A stretch of 41,476 bases of DNA from an uncultured Emticicia sp. Its GTDB lineage: Bacteria > Bacteroidota > Bacteroidia > Cytophagales > Spirosomataceae. Shown piece after piece: positions 25,773 through 35,705 of this stretch. Made by a program: the position numbers and the translations under genes. The notes under the pieces were generated by a model. That model made no database searches. It was not told the origin of the DNA and worked only from the letters and a program-made list of their open reading frames with translations. The DNA is taken from contig CAYUFZ010000001.1 in NCBI GenBank assembly GCA_964444025.1, positions 1-41,476 on the forward strand. Reading direction: 5' to 3'. Numbering within the stretch: position 1 is the first letter of the stretch; each line of letters opens with the position of its first letter.

Positions 25773-28370
25773 TTATCTAATCTGCTGCCCAATGCTAAAG
25801 GTAAACGTTTTCAGTCCACGGTTTGAAATTCCTGGAATTGGGTCAAATCCTTTACCAAAATCTATTCCAATCATCCCAAACGCTGGCATAAATATTCTTG
25901 CTCCAAATCCAGCTGTACGGCGAAGTTTGAAAGGATTAAAATCTTTGTAGCTACCCCAGCTATTTCCTGCCTCTACAAATCCCAAACCAAATATGGTTGC
26001 TTGAGGATTCAGAGAGATAGGATAACGAAGCTCAGCAGCATATTTGCTGTAGATAATTCCACCCATACGACTAAGCGTGACACTGCCATCACTTGTTCTG
26101 AGTTTTTCTGCTTCAGCGTATGAAAGCTCTCTGACTACCCCTTCATCATAGCCCCTTAGACCAATCAAGTCTGCTCCGACATTATAGGCATTTTGCATTC
26201 CCATACCTGCACCACCCAAAATAAATCTTCCGAATGGACTAAAGTCGGCACTTGAGCTATATTTTCCTAAAAATCCCATATTTGCTTTGGCATGGAAAAT
26301 CAATTTACCTATTACAGGAGCGTACCAATCACCATCAAACATCCATTTGTGTCCTTCAACCCATTTATATTTATCTACTACAGGAGCATCTCTGAACAAC
26401 GAGTAGGGAGGATTAAAGGTGGCACTTAATGAGAATTGCGACCCTGTTCTTGTAAATTGAGGATTATCCAAACTATACCTAGAAACCACGAAAGCCAAAG
26501 ACATATCATTGGCAACACCCTTTTGGAATCCAGGAATGAAGTAGCTATTATCAACATTGTATCTCTGATAAGAAAGTGAAGCATTGAAGCTAAAATTCCT
26601 ATCAGGCCAATTCAAACGCTTTCCATAAGTAATAGAAGCTCCGGTATTTTTAAAATATCCAGAATAAAGACTCCCTCCACCATAAATAGAAGCATAAGCC
26701 GACCCATATTGTCGCTCGAGTGCTCGCTGATAGCTTCTGTTATCCGAAGAAGTATGAAAAATACTTACAGCAAAAGAGTTTGGCTTTTTACCACCCAACC
26801 AAGGCTCTGTAAATGACAATGAATACGTTTGATAAAAACGCCCACTTGCTTGCAGACGCAAAGCCAAACGTTGCCCATCTCCAGCAGGAAGTGGCTTCCA
26901 TTTGCTAAGATTTGTGACATTCCTCGCAGAAAAATTATTAAAAACAATTCCAAATGTCCCAACAAACCCTTGTAATCCACCCCACCCTCCTGAAAGCTCT
27001 ATGTTGTCACTTGGTTTTTCCTCAACATTATATTCGATATCCACCGAGCCATCTGATTGAGGGATTGGCTTTGGTTCGATTTTTTGAGGATCAAAATAAC
27101 CCAATCTTGACAAGGTCTGTTGTGTTTCTATTAAATCTGTTTTGCTAAATTTTTGACCGGGTTTGGTTAAAATTTCACGCATCACCACATGGTCACTTGT
27201 TTTAGTATTTCCGTTTAGGATAATTCTATTGATGGTCGCTTGTTTCCCCTCACGGATTCTCATTTCTATGTCAATCGAATCACCTTCAACAGCGACTTCT
27301 ACGGGGTCACAACTAAAAAACAAATAGCCATCGTCCATATAAGCAGAGCTGATGTCGCCTTGTGGGATTCCATTGATTTTTTTGTTTAATTCTTCGGGGT
27401 TATAAACATCTCCCTTTTTTATTCCTAAAATTCGCTCTAAATCGGCTGTCTTTCGCAAATAATTTCCCGACCAAGAAATATTTCGGTAATAAAAGCGAGT
27501 TCCTTCATTGATTTTAATGACTAATTTTATATTATTACCATCTTCCGAAACGACAGAATCAGTCGTTATTTGGGCATCTCGATACCCATTTTTATTATAA
27601 AACTCGATTAATTTATCCTTATCTTCTTCAAATTTCTTAGGAACAAATTTAGACGGAGTAAAAATTCGGAGAGGAGCTTTAATTTTTGTTGACTTTAGCT
27701 TTGTCAAAACTTTCCAATCAGGAAAATCATGTAATCCCGAAAATTCAATGTCATTAATTTTAACCCGACTTTTCTTATCTATCGTCACCACCAAGGCAGC
27801 ATTGTTTGCCCTTATTGTATCCGATATTTGCTTAATTTGCACGGATGTATTCAAAAATCCCTTTTCAATGTATATTTTTTTGATAGTCAATTGAATATTT
27901 TTAATGAGAGCGTCTGTAATAACTTTCCCTTTATTGGCTTTGACTTTTTCGTTGATGCTTTCTATTTCTCCTTTCCGTACCCCTTTAAACACAAATTTAT
28001 TGAGGCGAGGTCTTTCCCGAAGATGAATGTCTAAGACTACACTTTCATTTTCGATTTTTACAACATTGATAGAAACATCCTCAATGATTCCTTGTTCCAT
28101 TAATCTCCGAATGGCAGTACTGATTCTTTCACCTGGAATAGTGATTTTATCATTTACGTTCAGACCAGATACAGAAATCAAGGTATTTGGGTCAAGAAAT
28201 TTAATGCCACTAACGCTGATTTTAGAAATAGTAAATTCCTTTGGACGTTCATAGCTGATAGAACTTTCCTTAATTTGGTCGATTTTCCTTCCCAATCCTA
28301 ATGGAAATTGGGCAAAAACAGTCGAAGAATAACAAAAAACAATAAAAAAAGCTAATTTTTGGATACGCAT
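25773..28370 (-). CDS. bamA: Outer membrane protein assembly factor BamA
   Basis: POTRA repeats (GNTKTSDHVVMRE), FTEPWLGG, IGLRGY loop, GMIGIDFG. ATG at 28370 preferred over TTG at 28385. Confidence 0.96.
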   Translation of the reverse strand: MRIQKLAFFIVFCYSSTVFAQFPLGLGRKIDQIKESSISYERPKEFTISKISVSGIKFLDPNTLISVSGLNVNDKITIPGERISTAIRRLMEQGIIEDVSINVVKIENESVVLDIHLRERPRLNKFVFKGVRKGEIESINEKVKANKGKVITDALIKNIQLTIKKIYIEKGFLNTSVQIKQISDTIRANNAALVVTIDKKSRVKINDIEFSGLHDFPDWKVLTKLKSTKIKAPLRIFTPSKFVPKKFEEDKDKLIEFYNKNGYRDAQITTDSVVSEDGNNIKLVIKINEGTRFYYRNISWSGNYLRKTADLERILGIKKGDVYNPEELNKKINGIPQGDISSAYMDDGYLFFSCDPVEVAVEGDSIDIEMRIREGKQATINRIILNGNTKTSDHVVMREILTKPGQKFSKTDLIETQQTLSRLGYFDPQKIEPKPIPQSDGSVDIEYNVEEKPSDNIELSGGWGGLQGFVGTFGIVFNNFSARNVTNLSKWKPLPAGDGQRLALRLQASGRFYQTYSLSFTEPWLGGKKPNSFAVSIFHTSSDNRSYQRALERQYGSAYASIYGGGSLYSGYFKNTGASITYGKRLNWPDRNFSFNASLSYQRYNVDNSYFIPGFQKGVANDMSLAFVVSRYSLDNPQFTRTGSQFSLSATFNPPYSLFRDAPVVDKYKWVEGHKWMFDGDWYAPVIGKLIFHAKANMGFLGKYSSSADFSPFGRFILGGAGMGMQNAYNVGADLIGLRGYDEGVVRELSYAEAEKLRTSDGSVTLSRMGGIIYSKYAAELRYPISLNPQATIFGLGFVEAGNSWGSYKDFNPFKLRRTAGFGARIFMPAFGMIGIDFGKGFDPIPGISNRGLKTFTFSIGQQIR

Positions 28371-28476
28371 GATACAGATATTCAATAATCAAGAATGACT
28401 TCTAATGCTAAATAAATAATTATCAGATGATACGAAGTACGTATGAGCTAATAATGATACAAAATAAATGAGCAAA

Positions 28477-29220
28477 CTATTTTTGCTTAATTTGTTCACT
28501 TGTTTTACCAAATCGTCTTTCTCGATTTTGATAATTTTCTATTGCTGTAAACAAATGATTTTTTCTAAATTCAGGCCAGAATAAATCATCAAAAAAGTGT
28601 AATTCAGCATAAGCGAGCTGCCATAAAAGGTAATTGCTTATACGATGGTCGCCACCAGTTCGAATCATTAAATCTACATCAGGGGCATCTTCTGTGGCAA
28701 GATATTCAGAAAATTTTTGCTCTGAAATATCTTCCAAATTGAGCTTGCCTTCTTTTACCTCAGCGGCTATTCGTTTGGTAGCTTGTACGATTTCCCATTT
28801 CCCACTATAGCTCAATGCCAAAATTAAGGTAAGACCTGTATTGTTTTTGGTTAGTTCAATTGAATCTAAAAGTTTTTTTTGGGCAGATGCTGGAAGAGCA
28901 TCAATTTCTCCTATACTTTTTAGTCGAACATTATTTTTATGTAAGCTCGGAACCTCTTCGCTGATGGTCTTGATTAATAATTGCATAATCCCATCAACTT
29001 CTATTTTTGGTCTATTCCAATTTTCTGTAGAAAAAGTGTATAGTGTTAGGTATTTTATTCCCAATTCTACACAACCTTCTACCGTATCTCGTACGGAAGT
29101 TACGCCATGATGATGCCCAAAAATACGCATCGCTCCTTGCTGTTTTGCCCATCTTCCATTGCCATCCATTATAACGGCAATATGAGTGGGTAAATTGCCT
29201 ATGTCAATATTTTCTTTCAC
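28477..29220 (-). CDS. uppS: Undecaprenyl diphosphate synthase (isoprenyl transferase)
   Basis: HIAVIMDGNGRWA, FSTENWNRP, IRTGGDHRISNYLLWQ, RERRFG. Confidence 0.97.
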   Translation of the reverse strand: MKENIDIGNLPTHIAVIMDGNGRWAKQQGAMRIFGHHHGVTSVRDTVEGCVELGIKYLTLYTFSTENWNRPKIEVDGIMQLLIKTISEEVPSLHKNNVRLKSIGEIDALPASAQKKLLDSIELTKNNTGLTLILALSYSGKWEIVQATKRIAAEVKEGKLNLEDISEQKFSEYLATEDAPDVDLMIRTGGDHRISNYLLWQLAYAELHFFDDLFWPEFRKNHLFTAIENYQNRERRFGKTSEQIKQK

Positions 29221-29283
29221 GTATCAATCGTCTTGTGATAAATATTATAGATAATTCGGTATAAGTGTGTACCAAAAGGACTG

Positions 29284-29291
29284 CAAAGGTA
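29284..29291 (-). promoter_or_regulatory. Internal -7 promoter box (TACCTTTG) upstream of uppS
   Basis: Matches TAnnTTTG in the 150-nt gap before uppS. Confidence 0.5.
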
Positions 29292-29373
29292 AAAAAAAAC
29301 TACCGACTATGATAAAAATTTAATTATTTGTAGTCTTTAAATAAAAATAATATGAAAATACGTGAAGTTTTGG

Positions 29374-30147
29374 CTATCGTTTTGGGCAATGGACTTTATA
29401 AAATAAATAACTAACCGAAAAACTTGTGTAGTAGTAGATGTCTTTTGATAGAGTTCCGGGAACACTGAACTTTTGACGAAGATAAGGGAATGAAAAGCCT
29501 GGAGAAACTGCCGAATTGACGGTATAGCTTCCATTAGAATAATATCCCAGTCCATCAAGAAAATCTGTATTTGTCCATCGAGTACCAAATTCAATGCCCC
29601 AATTCCATTGTTGTTTCCATTGTTTTTTGAATCCAACACCCAAAGAAACATAATTGGGAGTAGATTTGGTAGAGAAAGTATTGAAAGGGCTACCTGGATT
29701 AAAAGACCAATATTTGGCATTAATTTGCGAAGAATTGATACCCCCTCCTGCCAAGACGTAGGGTGTCCAATTGCTGATAATTCGTGATTGATTCGTTCGG
29801 AAATTTAAAAAATTATATTCTACTTGTAGCCCAAAATCCTTGAAAACATTGGTAAAACTATATTGTCGGGCAACATGCAAGGCTTCATTTTTTAAATGTG
29901 AGTCATTTCCTCGCAAAACACCCACGATTCCTTGTGCTTTCACAGAAATAGCACGAGATACATTATACCGAACAAATACGCTTCCGCCAGGTCTTGCCAT
30001 AAAAATTCGATAAGAAGGCATTACATCTCCTTTGTATTGACAGATGCCAAGACCCGCTCCAATCTCTAGTTTTTGCCCAAATGTAGTAAAAGAGCATAGA
30101 AACAATAATAAAATCGAAACAAATTTGGGTTGAAAGCGTAAATTCAT
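29374..30147 (-). CDS. porG: DUF6089/PorG-family outer membrane beta-barrel protein
   Basis: EIGAGLG..YKGD, VEYNF, WTPY, TDFLDG, DIYYY, CP C-terminus; directly upstream of uppS-bamA-skp. Confidence 0.75.
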   Translation of the reverse strand: MNLRFQPKFVSILLLFLCSFTTFGQKLEIGAGLGICQYKGDVMPSYRIFMARPGGSVFVRYNVSRAISVKAQGIVGVLRGNDSHLKNEALHVARQYSFTNVFKDFGLQVEYNFLNFRTNQSRIISNWTPYVLAGGGINSSQINAKYWSFNPGSPFNTFSTKSTPNYVSLGVGFKKQWKQQWNWGIEFGTRWTNTDFLDGLGYYSNGSYTVNSAVSPGFSFPYLRQKFSVPGTLSKDIYYYTSFSVSYLFYKVHCPKR

Positions 30148-30171
30148 CAACGAAATATTAAATTAGATTAA

Positions 30172-31218
30172 TTATTTGATTGGCGGACACTTTGCCTGTG
30201 CATTAATGATATAATGCAGGGTAACCTGTCCGAGTAAATAGGAATCCCATTTGGCAGTTCCACGAACACTACCCGTGTTGAAACCCCAAATTCTTTCTCC
30301 ATCTACACTTGGCATTGGATTTCCCGAATAAAAGTACGTGTCTCTTGCAATTTGTGCGAATTGCTCTTTTCTGCTTGCTCCATTACTTGCCGCAAAGTTA
30401 TCATTTACCCGGTTGGCAAAAACAGCACTTTTAGGGTTTCCGTTGGCTGCTAATATGAGTGGATCGACGTATGGGTCTTTCCCTACATCATCCAAATAAT
30501 CGAAAGGAGTAATTCTCAACCCTCCTTCAACCCCTAAATCAAAACTCTTATTTATCCTATACTTAAAACCAAATCCTATGGGAATGACAGGCTTCACCAA
30601 AGAATAATCCACGGTATTTCCTGCCGTTTGTTTATCCTTAAGATTTGTCCAAGCTCCTAATGAAGAAAATGTCGTAACACCTGTTGAAAAATCAGGAATT
30701 GTATTCGCCACGTCTCTTGCTTGAGGATTATGGGCATAAAACCCAAAACCACCAAAAATATAAGGATTCAGTTTTAATCGCCCTCTTTGCCCGTTTCCAT
30801 TTGGAATAATATTATACAAAGCACTGATAGTAAACTCTTTGATATCATTTCTGAAATGCAAATTTCGTAGAAAAGCATTTTGAAATTTTACAATGTTGTG
30901 TTGCGAATAAGTGTAATCATCTCCAGCAATTCTTGCCCACGTAAAACTGACTCTTGCTGCCAGCTGTGGATTAAGTTGGCGTGTATAATTGATGGTGGCA
31001 TTCCAACGAACATTTGTAATTAGTCCATAATAAAAATATCGATAAGGAGATAAATCTCCAAAATAGTTTGAAGACCCCCCACCAATTCCAATCGAAGAAT
31101 ATTGGCTGAGTTTTTCTTTTTGGGTAAAAAGATTGAATTGAGCATGACTCTTGCTTGAGAAGAATAAAATCAATGCAAAGAAGAGATGTTTCTTGTTTGG
31201 TAGCTCTAATAATTTCAT
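30172..31218 (-). CDS. DUF6089-family outer membrane beta-barrel protein (longer paralog)
   Basis: NYFGDLSP, RNLHFRNDIKE, IPIGFGFKY, FDYLDDV, CPP C-terminus. Start uncertain (31218 or 31230). Confidence 0.8.
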   Translation of the reverse strand: MKLLELPNKKHLFFALILFFSSKSHAQFNLFTQKEKLSQYSSIGIGGGSSNYFGDLSPYRYFYYGLITNVRWNATINYTRQLNPQLAARVSFTWARIAGDDYTYSQHNIVKFQNAFLRNLHFRNDIKEFTISALYNIIPNGNGQRGRLKLNPYIFGGFGFYAHNPQARDVANTIPDFSTGVTTFSSLGAWTNLKDKQTAGNTVDYSLVKPVIPIGFGFKYRINKSFDLGVEGGLRITPFDYLDDVGKDPYVDPLILAANGNPKSAVFANRVNDNFAASNGASRKEQFAQIARDTYFYSGNPMPSVDGERIWGFNTGSVRGTAKWDSYLLGQVTLHYIINAQAKCPPIK

Positions 31219-31291
31219 ATAATTCGTCATATTTGAAAAATATAAAGCACTTGGCTTTAGATATTTAACGTGTTTAAGAGATGTATTATTG

Positions 31292-32176
31292 TTAATTTCT
31301 TGCGTCAATGCCCCATTTTAGCTTTTGTCGGAGAGTTTCTAAGAAATCGTCACCTACTATTTTGACCATTTTTGCCTTAAATTCTGCTTTTTTGACAGTA
31401 ATTAGTGTATCTTCTTCTGTGCCTATGATTTTTGCACGTGAATCCATCGATAAAAGAAAATTATTACTCCTACTTTCTACTTTAAAAGAAATAATACTAT
31501 CATCAGACACAATCATGGGTCGTACAAATAAATTGTGAGGGCAAATAGGAGTAATGATAAAGTTTGCTGAGTGAGGCATCACTAATGGACCACCACAACT
31601 CAACGAATAGCCTGTCGAACCTGTTGCAGTAGCAACCATTAAACCATCTGCCCAATAAGTATTCAAAAACTCTCCATTGATGTAAGCATGAATGACAATC
31701 ATTGACGAAGTATCTGTTTTAGAAATCGCAATTTCATTCAAGGCAAAATTCGTGCCTAATTCAAACAAAGGTGTAGAGGATTCTGCAAAAATCATGGTTC
31801 GCTCATCAATCGAATAAGATTGATTAACTAATTGAGCAATGGTTTGTTTGATTTTTTCTTGTGAAACAGCCGCCAAAAAGCCTAATCGACCAAAATTAAA
31901 ACCTAAAATTGGGATTTCTCTTTTTCCAACGTGAGCCAAGGTCTCCAAAAAAGTACCATCTCCGCCTAAACTAAAAGCGAAATCTGCATCAAATATTTCA
32001 TCGGGTTGGGTATAAATACAATCTTTCTTTAATTGTATGCCCGATTGTAAAAGTATTCTTTTGAAAGTTTCCGACAATTGAATCTCAATTTGATTAAACA
32101 TCAATTCGTCGAATAATTGTTGAATGGCCGCCGCCGACTCTATATTGAATTTTCTACCGTGAATAGCTATTTTCAT
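31292..32176 (-). CDS. nadK: NAD kinase
   Basis: SLGGDGTFL, GRLGFL, ALNE, DGLMVATATGSTGYSLSCGGP. Start set at MKIAIHG. Confidence 0.97.
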   Translation of the reverse strand: MKIAIHGRKFNIESAAAIQQLFDELMFNQIEIQLSETFKRILLQSGIQLKKDCIYTQPDEIFDADFAFSLGGDGTFLETLAHVGKREIPILGFNFGRLGFLAAVSQEKIKQTIAQLVNQSYSIDERTMIFAESSTPLFELGTNFALNEIAISKTDTSSMIVIHAYINGEFLNTYWADGLMVATATGSTGYSLSCGGPLVMPHSANFIITPICPHNLFVRPMIVSDDSIISFKVESRSNNFLLSMDSRAKIIGTEEDTLITVKKAEFKAKMVKIVGDDFLETLRQKLKWGIDARN

Positions 32177-32287
32177 TGAAAAAAAGACGACTCCGTTAAT
32201 TATTTGATTATTAATAGAATCTTTAAAATCATTTATTGAAATTTTTCGTAAAATTACGAAGGAATCTTTCAAAAACTATCAATGTAT

Positions 32288-33682
32288 TTACAAATCAAAG
32301 GTGTCGAACTTTTTGGGAATAAAAACATTTAAAAAACCAGCATCTTTCAAATGGTTTTTAAATGCTATTTGATTGTCGATTTCTCCATGAACTAAAAATA
32401 TTTTTTTGACTAATAAGGGATTTTGACAGTTTAAATAGCTAATGATTTCTTGATAATCTGCATGTGCCGAAAATGAATCCATAACCGCTATTTCTGCTTT
32501 TACATCGTGAGGTTCTCCAAAAATTTTTACTTGCTTGGGCTTGTTTTTTAAAATCGCACCCAAGCTATCGGGAGAGCAGTATCCAACAATCAAAATGGTA
32601 GTGGATTTTTTTTCTATATTATTGGCAATATGGTGCTTGATTCTTCCCGCCTCGGCCATTCCTGAGGAAGAAATAATGACACAAGGCTCGTGGCTATCAT
32701 TTAATGCTTTTGAGTCGTTTACATCACTGATATAGTGTAAATTATTAAAATTAAACGCATCTCCATCGTGTTTGATATAGTCAAGAATTTCTGGATTGAA
32801 GCAATTCTCATTTGATTTGATTACCATTGTTGCCTTTACCGATAGCGGACTATCAATATATACTGGCAAGTTGGGGAGTTTGCCCTCATGGGATAATTGG
32901 TCAAGAGCATAGATGATTTCTTGCGTTCTATCCACGGCAAAGGCTGGAATAATTAGCTTGCCTCTTTTCTCGACACACGTATGCAAAACGATATCCAAAA
33001 GGTGTTTTTTCATGTCCGGTTCGGCTTCATGAATTTTATTGCCATAAGTAGATTCGCAAATAATATAATCTACTTGAGGGAAAGGTACTGGGCTTCGGAG
33101 TATTTTATCGTTAGGTCTGCCAATATCTCCAGTAAAAAACAAAGCCCTTGTTGTTCCAAACTCTTCAAACCGAATGTGTACGCCCGCACTTCCCAAAAGG
33201 TGTCCGGCATCGTAAAATGTCACTTGAATGCCAGGCTCAATAGTAAATGGAGTTTCATATTCAATGGTTTTGAATAGAGTTAATGCCAAAGCAACATCGT
33301 CGGCATCATAAAGAAGCTCATAGGGTTCTTCGTTTCGTTTTTGCCGCCTTTTATTTACTCGTTCCAAGTCTTTTTCTTGAATATGAGCAGAGTCAAGGAG
33401 CATTATTTCACATAAATCTTTGGTGCCTTCCGTGCAGTATATTGTCCCTCGAAATCCTTTCTTTACCAAGCGAGGAATCAGCCCACTATGGTCGATATGG
33501 GCATGGCTCAACACAAGAAAATCCACTTCTTTGGGCTTGAATCCAAAGTGTAGATTTTCTTCGGTTGTTCCAATCCCTTGGGTCAGTCCGCAATCTAATA
33601 AAATTTTTGTTCCATGAATGGTAGTTAAAAGATGCTTGCTCCCGGTGACACGTTGTGCAGCTCCAAAAAAATCAATTTTCAT
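32288..33682 (-). CDS. Metallo-beta-lactamase/beta-CASP RNA-specificity hydrolase (YSH1/CPSF-like)
   Basis: VTGSKH, SHAHIDHSG, AGHLLG, ESTYG, SGMAEAGRI, FSAHAD, LVHGE. Start set at MKIDFFGAA. Confidence 0.95.
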   Translation of the reverse strand: MKIDFFGAAQRVTGSKHLLTTIHGTKILLDCGLTQGIGTTEENLHFGFKPKEVDFLVLSHAHIDHSGLIPRLVKKGFRGTIYCTEGTKDLCEIMLLDSAHIQEKDLERVNKRRQKRNEEPYELLYDADDVALALTLFKTIEYETPFTIEPGIQVTFYDAGHLLGSAGVHIRFEEFGTTRALFFTGDIGRPNDKILRSPVPFPQVDYIICESTYGNKIHEAEPDMKKHLLDIVLHTCVEKRGKLIIPAFAVDRTQEIIYALDQLSHEGKLPNLPVYIDSPLSVKATMVIKSNENCFNPEILDYIKHDGDAFNFNNLHYISDVNDSKALNDSHEPCVIISSSGMAEAGRIKHHIANNIEKKSTTILIVGYCSPDSLGAILKNKPKQVKIFGEPHDVKAEIAVMDSFSAHADYQEIISYLNCQNPLLVKKIFLVHGEIDNQIAFKNHLKDAGFLNVFIPKKFDTFDL

Positions 33683-33748
33683 CGTCTGTATATTATTTGC
33701 AAACAATTTAGCTTTTTTTACAAATAAAACATAATTGTTGGCTAATAA

Positions 33749-35410
33749 TTATAAATTAACCCCTCGCTTCCACGGAATGAAATCATCTTGCCCGAGCTGT
33801 TCGGCTTTAGTCAGATAGTCGCCATTGGCTAGACCAATGAGCCATTCGAGTAAAGATGTGGCATTTTCTTCAATGGTTTCTTCTCCTGTGATGATTTTTC
33901 CAGAGCTAAAATCGATGATATCAGACATTTTTTCAGCCAATTTATTATTGGTAGAGATTTTGACCGTGGGCGTGATAGGATTACCAGTTGGAGTTCCTAA
34001 CCCTGTGGTAAATAAAATAATACTTGCTCCAGAAGCAGACATTCCGGTTGTTGCCAAAACATCATTGCCAGGCGTACAGAGAAGCTGAAGTCCTGATTCG
34101 CTAGCTTGCTCTGTATAATTTAATACTCCGCTAATGGGAGCATTTCCTCCTTTTTTGGCAGCTCCAGCAGATTTTATGGCATCAGTGATAAGGCCATCTT
34201 TAATGTTTCCAACCGAAGGGTTCATGTCGAAAGTTGCACCAACAGCGGCAGCTTGATTGGCATATTCTTTCATTAAATCGCTGAATTTTTGTGCTTTCTC
34301 TTTGTTTGTACAACGATTGATAAGCTCTTGTTCTACCCCACAAAGCTCAGGAAATTCAGCTAATAGGGTTGTGCCACCCAAACTAACCATGAGGTCGGAT
34401 AAATGCCCAATAGCAGGATTGGCAGAAATTCCTGAAAATCCATCAGAGCCTCCACACTTGAGCCCTATCGTCAGTTTGTTCAGTGGTGCGGGTTGACGGT
34501 TCTGTTGATTGATTTGGACAATACCCTTGAATGTTTCTCTTATCGCATCCGACATCATGGTATGTTCTGTCCCATAAGTTTGTTGGTCAAAATACAAGAT
34601 AGGTCTATCAAATTTCGGATTTCTTTTGAATACCTGTTCTTTTAGATAATCTATCTGAGATTTTTGGCATCCGAGACTCAAGACTGTCACACCAGCTACA
34701 TTAGGATTGACAATCATTCCTGCAAACAAATCGCATAAAGCATCAGTATCCTGATTGGTTCCTCCGCATCCAGTTTCGTGGGTAAGGAATTTGATTCCAT
34801 CTACATTTTGAAAAACATGTTTTGGAGACGATTTGATGGATTCGCTTTCGGGGTTAGCAAGTGTAATGGCATCAAAGGCTTCCAAATTATTATTTTGATA
34901 GGCTTGTAGAAGTTCACGAACTTGATTTCTGTAAATTTCGGGTTGTGCATAGCCTAATTCTCTCTCAAAAGCGTCTTTCATAATGAGGATATTCCGGTTT
35001 TCGCAAAAAACGAGCGGAACAACGAGCCAATAGTTTCTGATTCCTACGCTACCGTCGGAGCGATGATACCCCATAAATGTTTTAGATTCCCAAGAGGATA
35101 CGTCCAAAGGTTTCCAGGTTTCTGTTGCTTGTCTTTTATCAACAGAATAATTTTCAGATTCATGCTTGAGATTAAAAGTCGTAATCTGAGCCCCTTTTGC
35201 GATATTTTTAGTTGCTTTTCCCACCAATACACCATACATAATTACTTCATCTCCAACAGATAAGTTTTCTGTGACGAATTTATGTTTGGCATCAATATCA
35301 TGTTGTATTTCGTAATCAATTCCCTCAAAACTAACGATTTCTCCTGCTTTGAGGTTTTGTAAGGCAACAATCACGTTGTCTTTTTCATGAAGTTTCAGAA
35401 CAGTATGCAT
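33749..35410 (-). CDS. uxaA: Altronate dehydratase (UxaA/GarD family)
   Basis: N-terminal SAF domain (DNVIVAL), HETGCG, KCGGSDGFSGISANP, FTTGLGTPTG. Confidence 0.9.
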   Translation of the reverse strand: MHTVLKLHEKDNVIVALQNLKAGEIVSFEGIDYEIQHDIDAKHKFVTENLSVGDEVIMYGVLVGKATKNIAKGAQITTFNLKHESENYSVDKRQATETWKPLDVSSWESKTFMGYHRSDGSVGIRNYWLVVPLVFCENRNILIMKDAFERELGYAQPEIYRNQVRELLQAYQNNNLEAFDAITLANPESESIKSSPKHVFQNVDGIKFLTHETGCGGTNQDTDALCDLFAGMIVNPNVAGVTVLSLGCQKSQIDYLKEQVFKRNPKFDRPILYFDQQTYGTEHTMMSDAIRETFKGIVQINQQNRQPAPLNKLTIGLKCGGSDGFSGISANPAIGHLSDLMVSLGGTTLLAEFPELCGVEQELINRCTNKEKAQKFSDLMKEYANQAAAVGATFDMNPSVGNIKDGLITDAIKSAGAAKKGGNAPISGVLNYTEQASESGLQLLCTPGNDVLATTGMSASGASIILFTTGLGTPTGNPITPTVKISTNNKLAEKMSDIIDFSSGKIITGEETIEENATSLLEWLIGLANGDYLTKAEQLGQDDFIPWKRGVNL

Positions 35411-35525
35411 AATTTAAAAAAAAGATAAATGGTTGTTGCTCCAATTTCTATCGTTTGAGTATAGGATTATTGCAAACGAATCGACATTTGGACGATATTT
35501 TATTAATGGTTGAATTATTTTTTGA

Positions 35526-35574
35526 CAAATGTATTGCAATTTATTTTTTGTTACGGAATTGACAAGTAAATTTG
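35526..35574. promoter_or_regulatory. Back-to-back -7 boxes for divergent uxaA (TACATTTG, minus, 35526-35533) and SDR (TAAATTTG, plus, 35567-35574)
   Basis: Two outward-facing TAnnTTTG matches in the divergent intergenic region. Confidence 0.5.
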
Positions 35575-35705
35575 AGATGAAAAAAGTTCAAAAAAGCCCT
35601 ATAAATCAAAAAAATATTAGAAATAAGTTAATTTTCATAATAAAATAAGGGCATTTTGAGCTGTTTCAATATCTTGTTCATTATCATTTATAATCCTTAT
35701 CATTA

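Noticed and set aside
32177-32272. N-terminal extensions in the ORF track for nadK (also ARH, bamA, DUF6089 and the beta-CASP gene)
   Set aside because: They arise from upstream alternative start codons; the family-typical N-termini begin at downstream ATGs.
32288-33682. Beta-CASP nuclease as a defence gene
   Set aside because: Matches the widespread housekeeping YSH1-like family and sits among core genes.
35469-35487. TTGCAAACGAATCGA as a LacI-type operator for uxaA
   Set aside because: Only one half-site matches; too weak to call.
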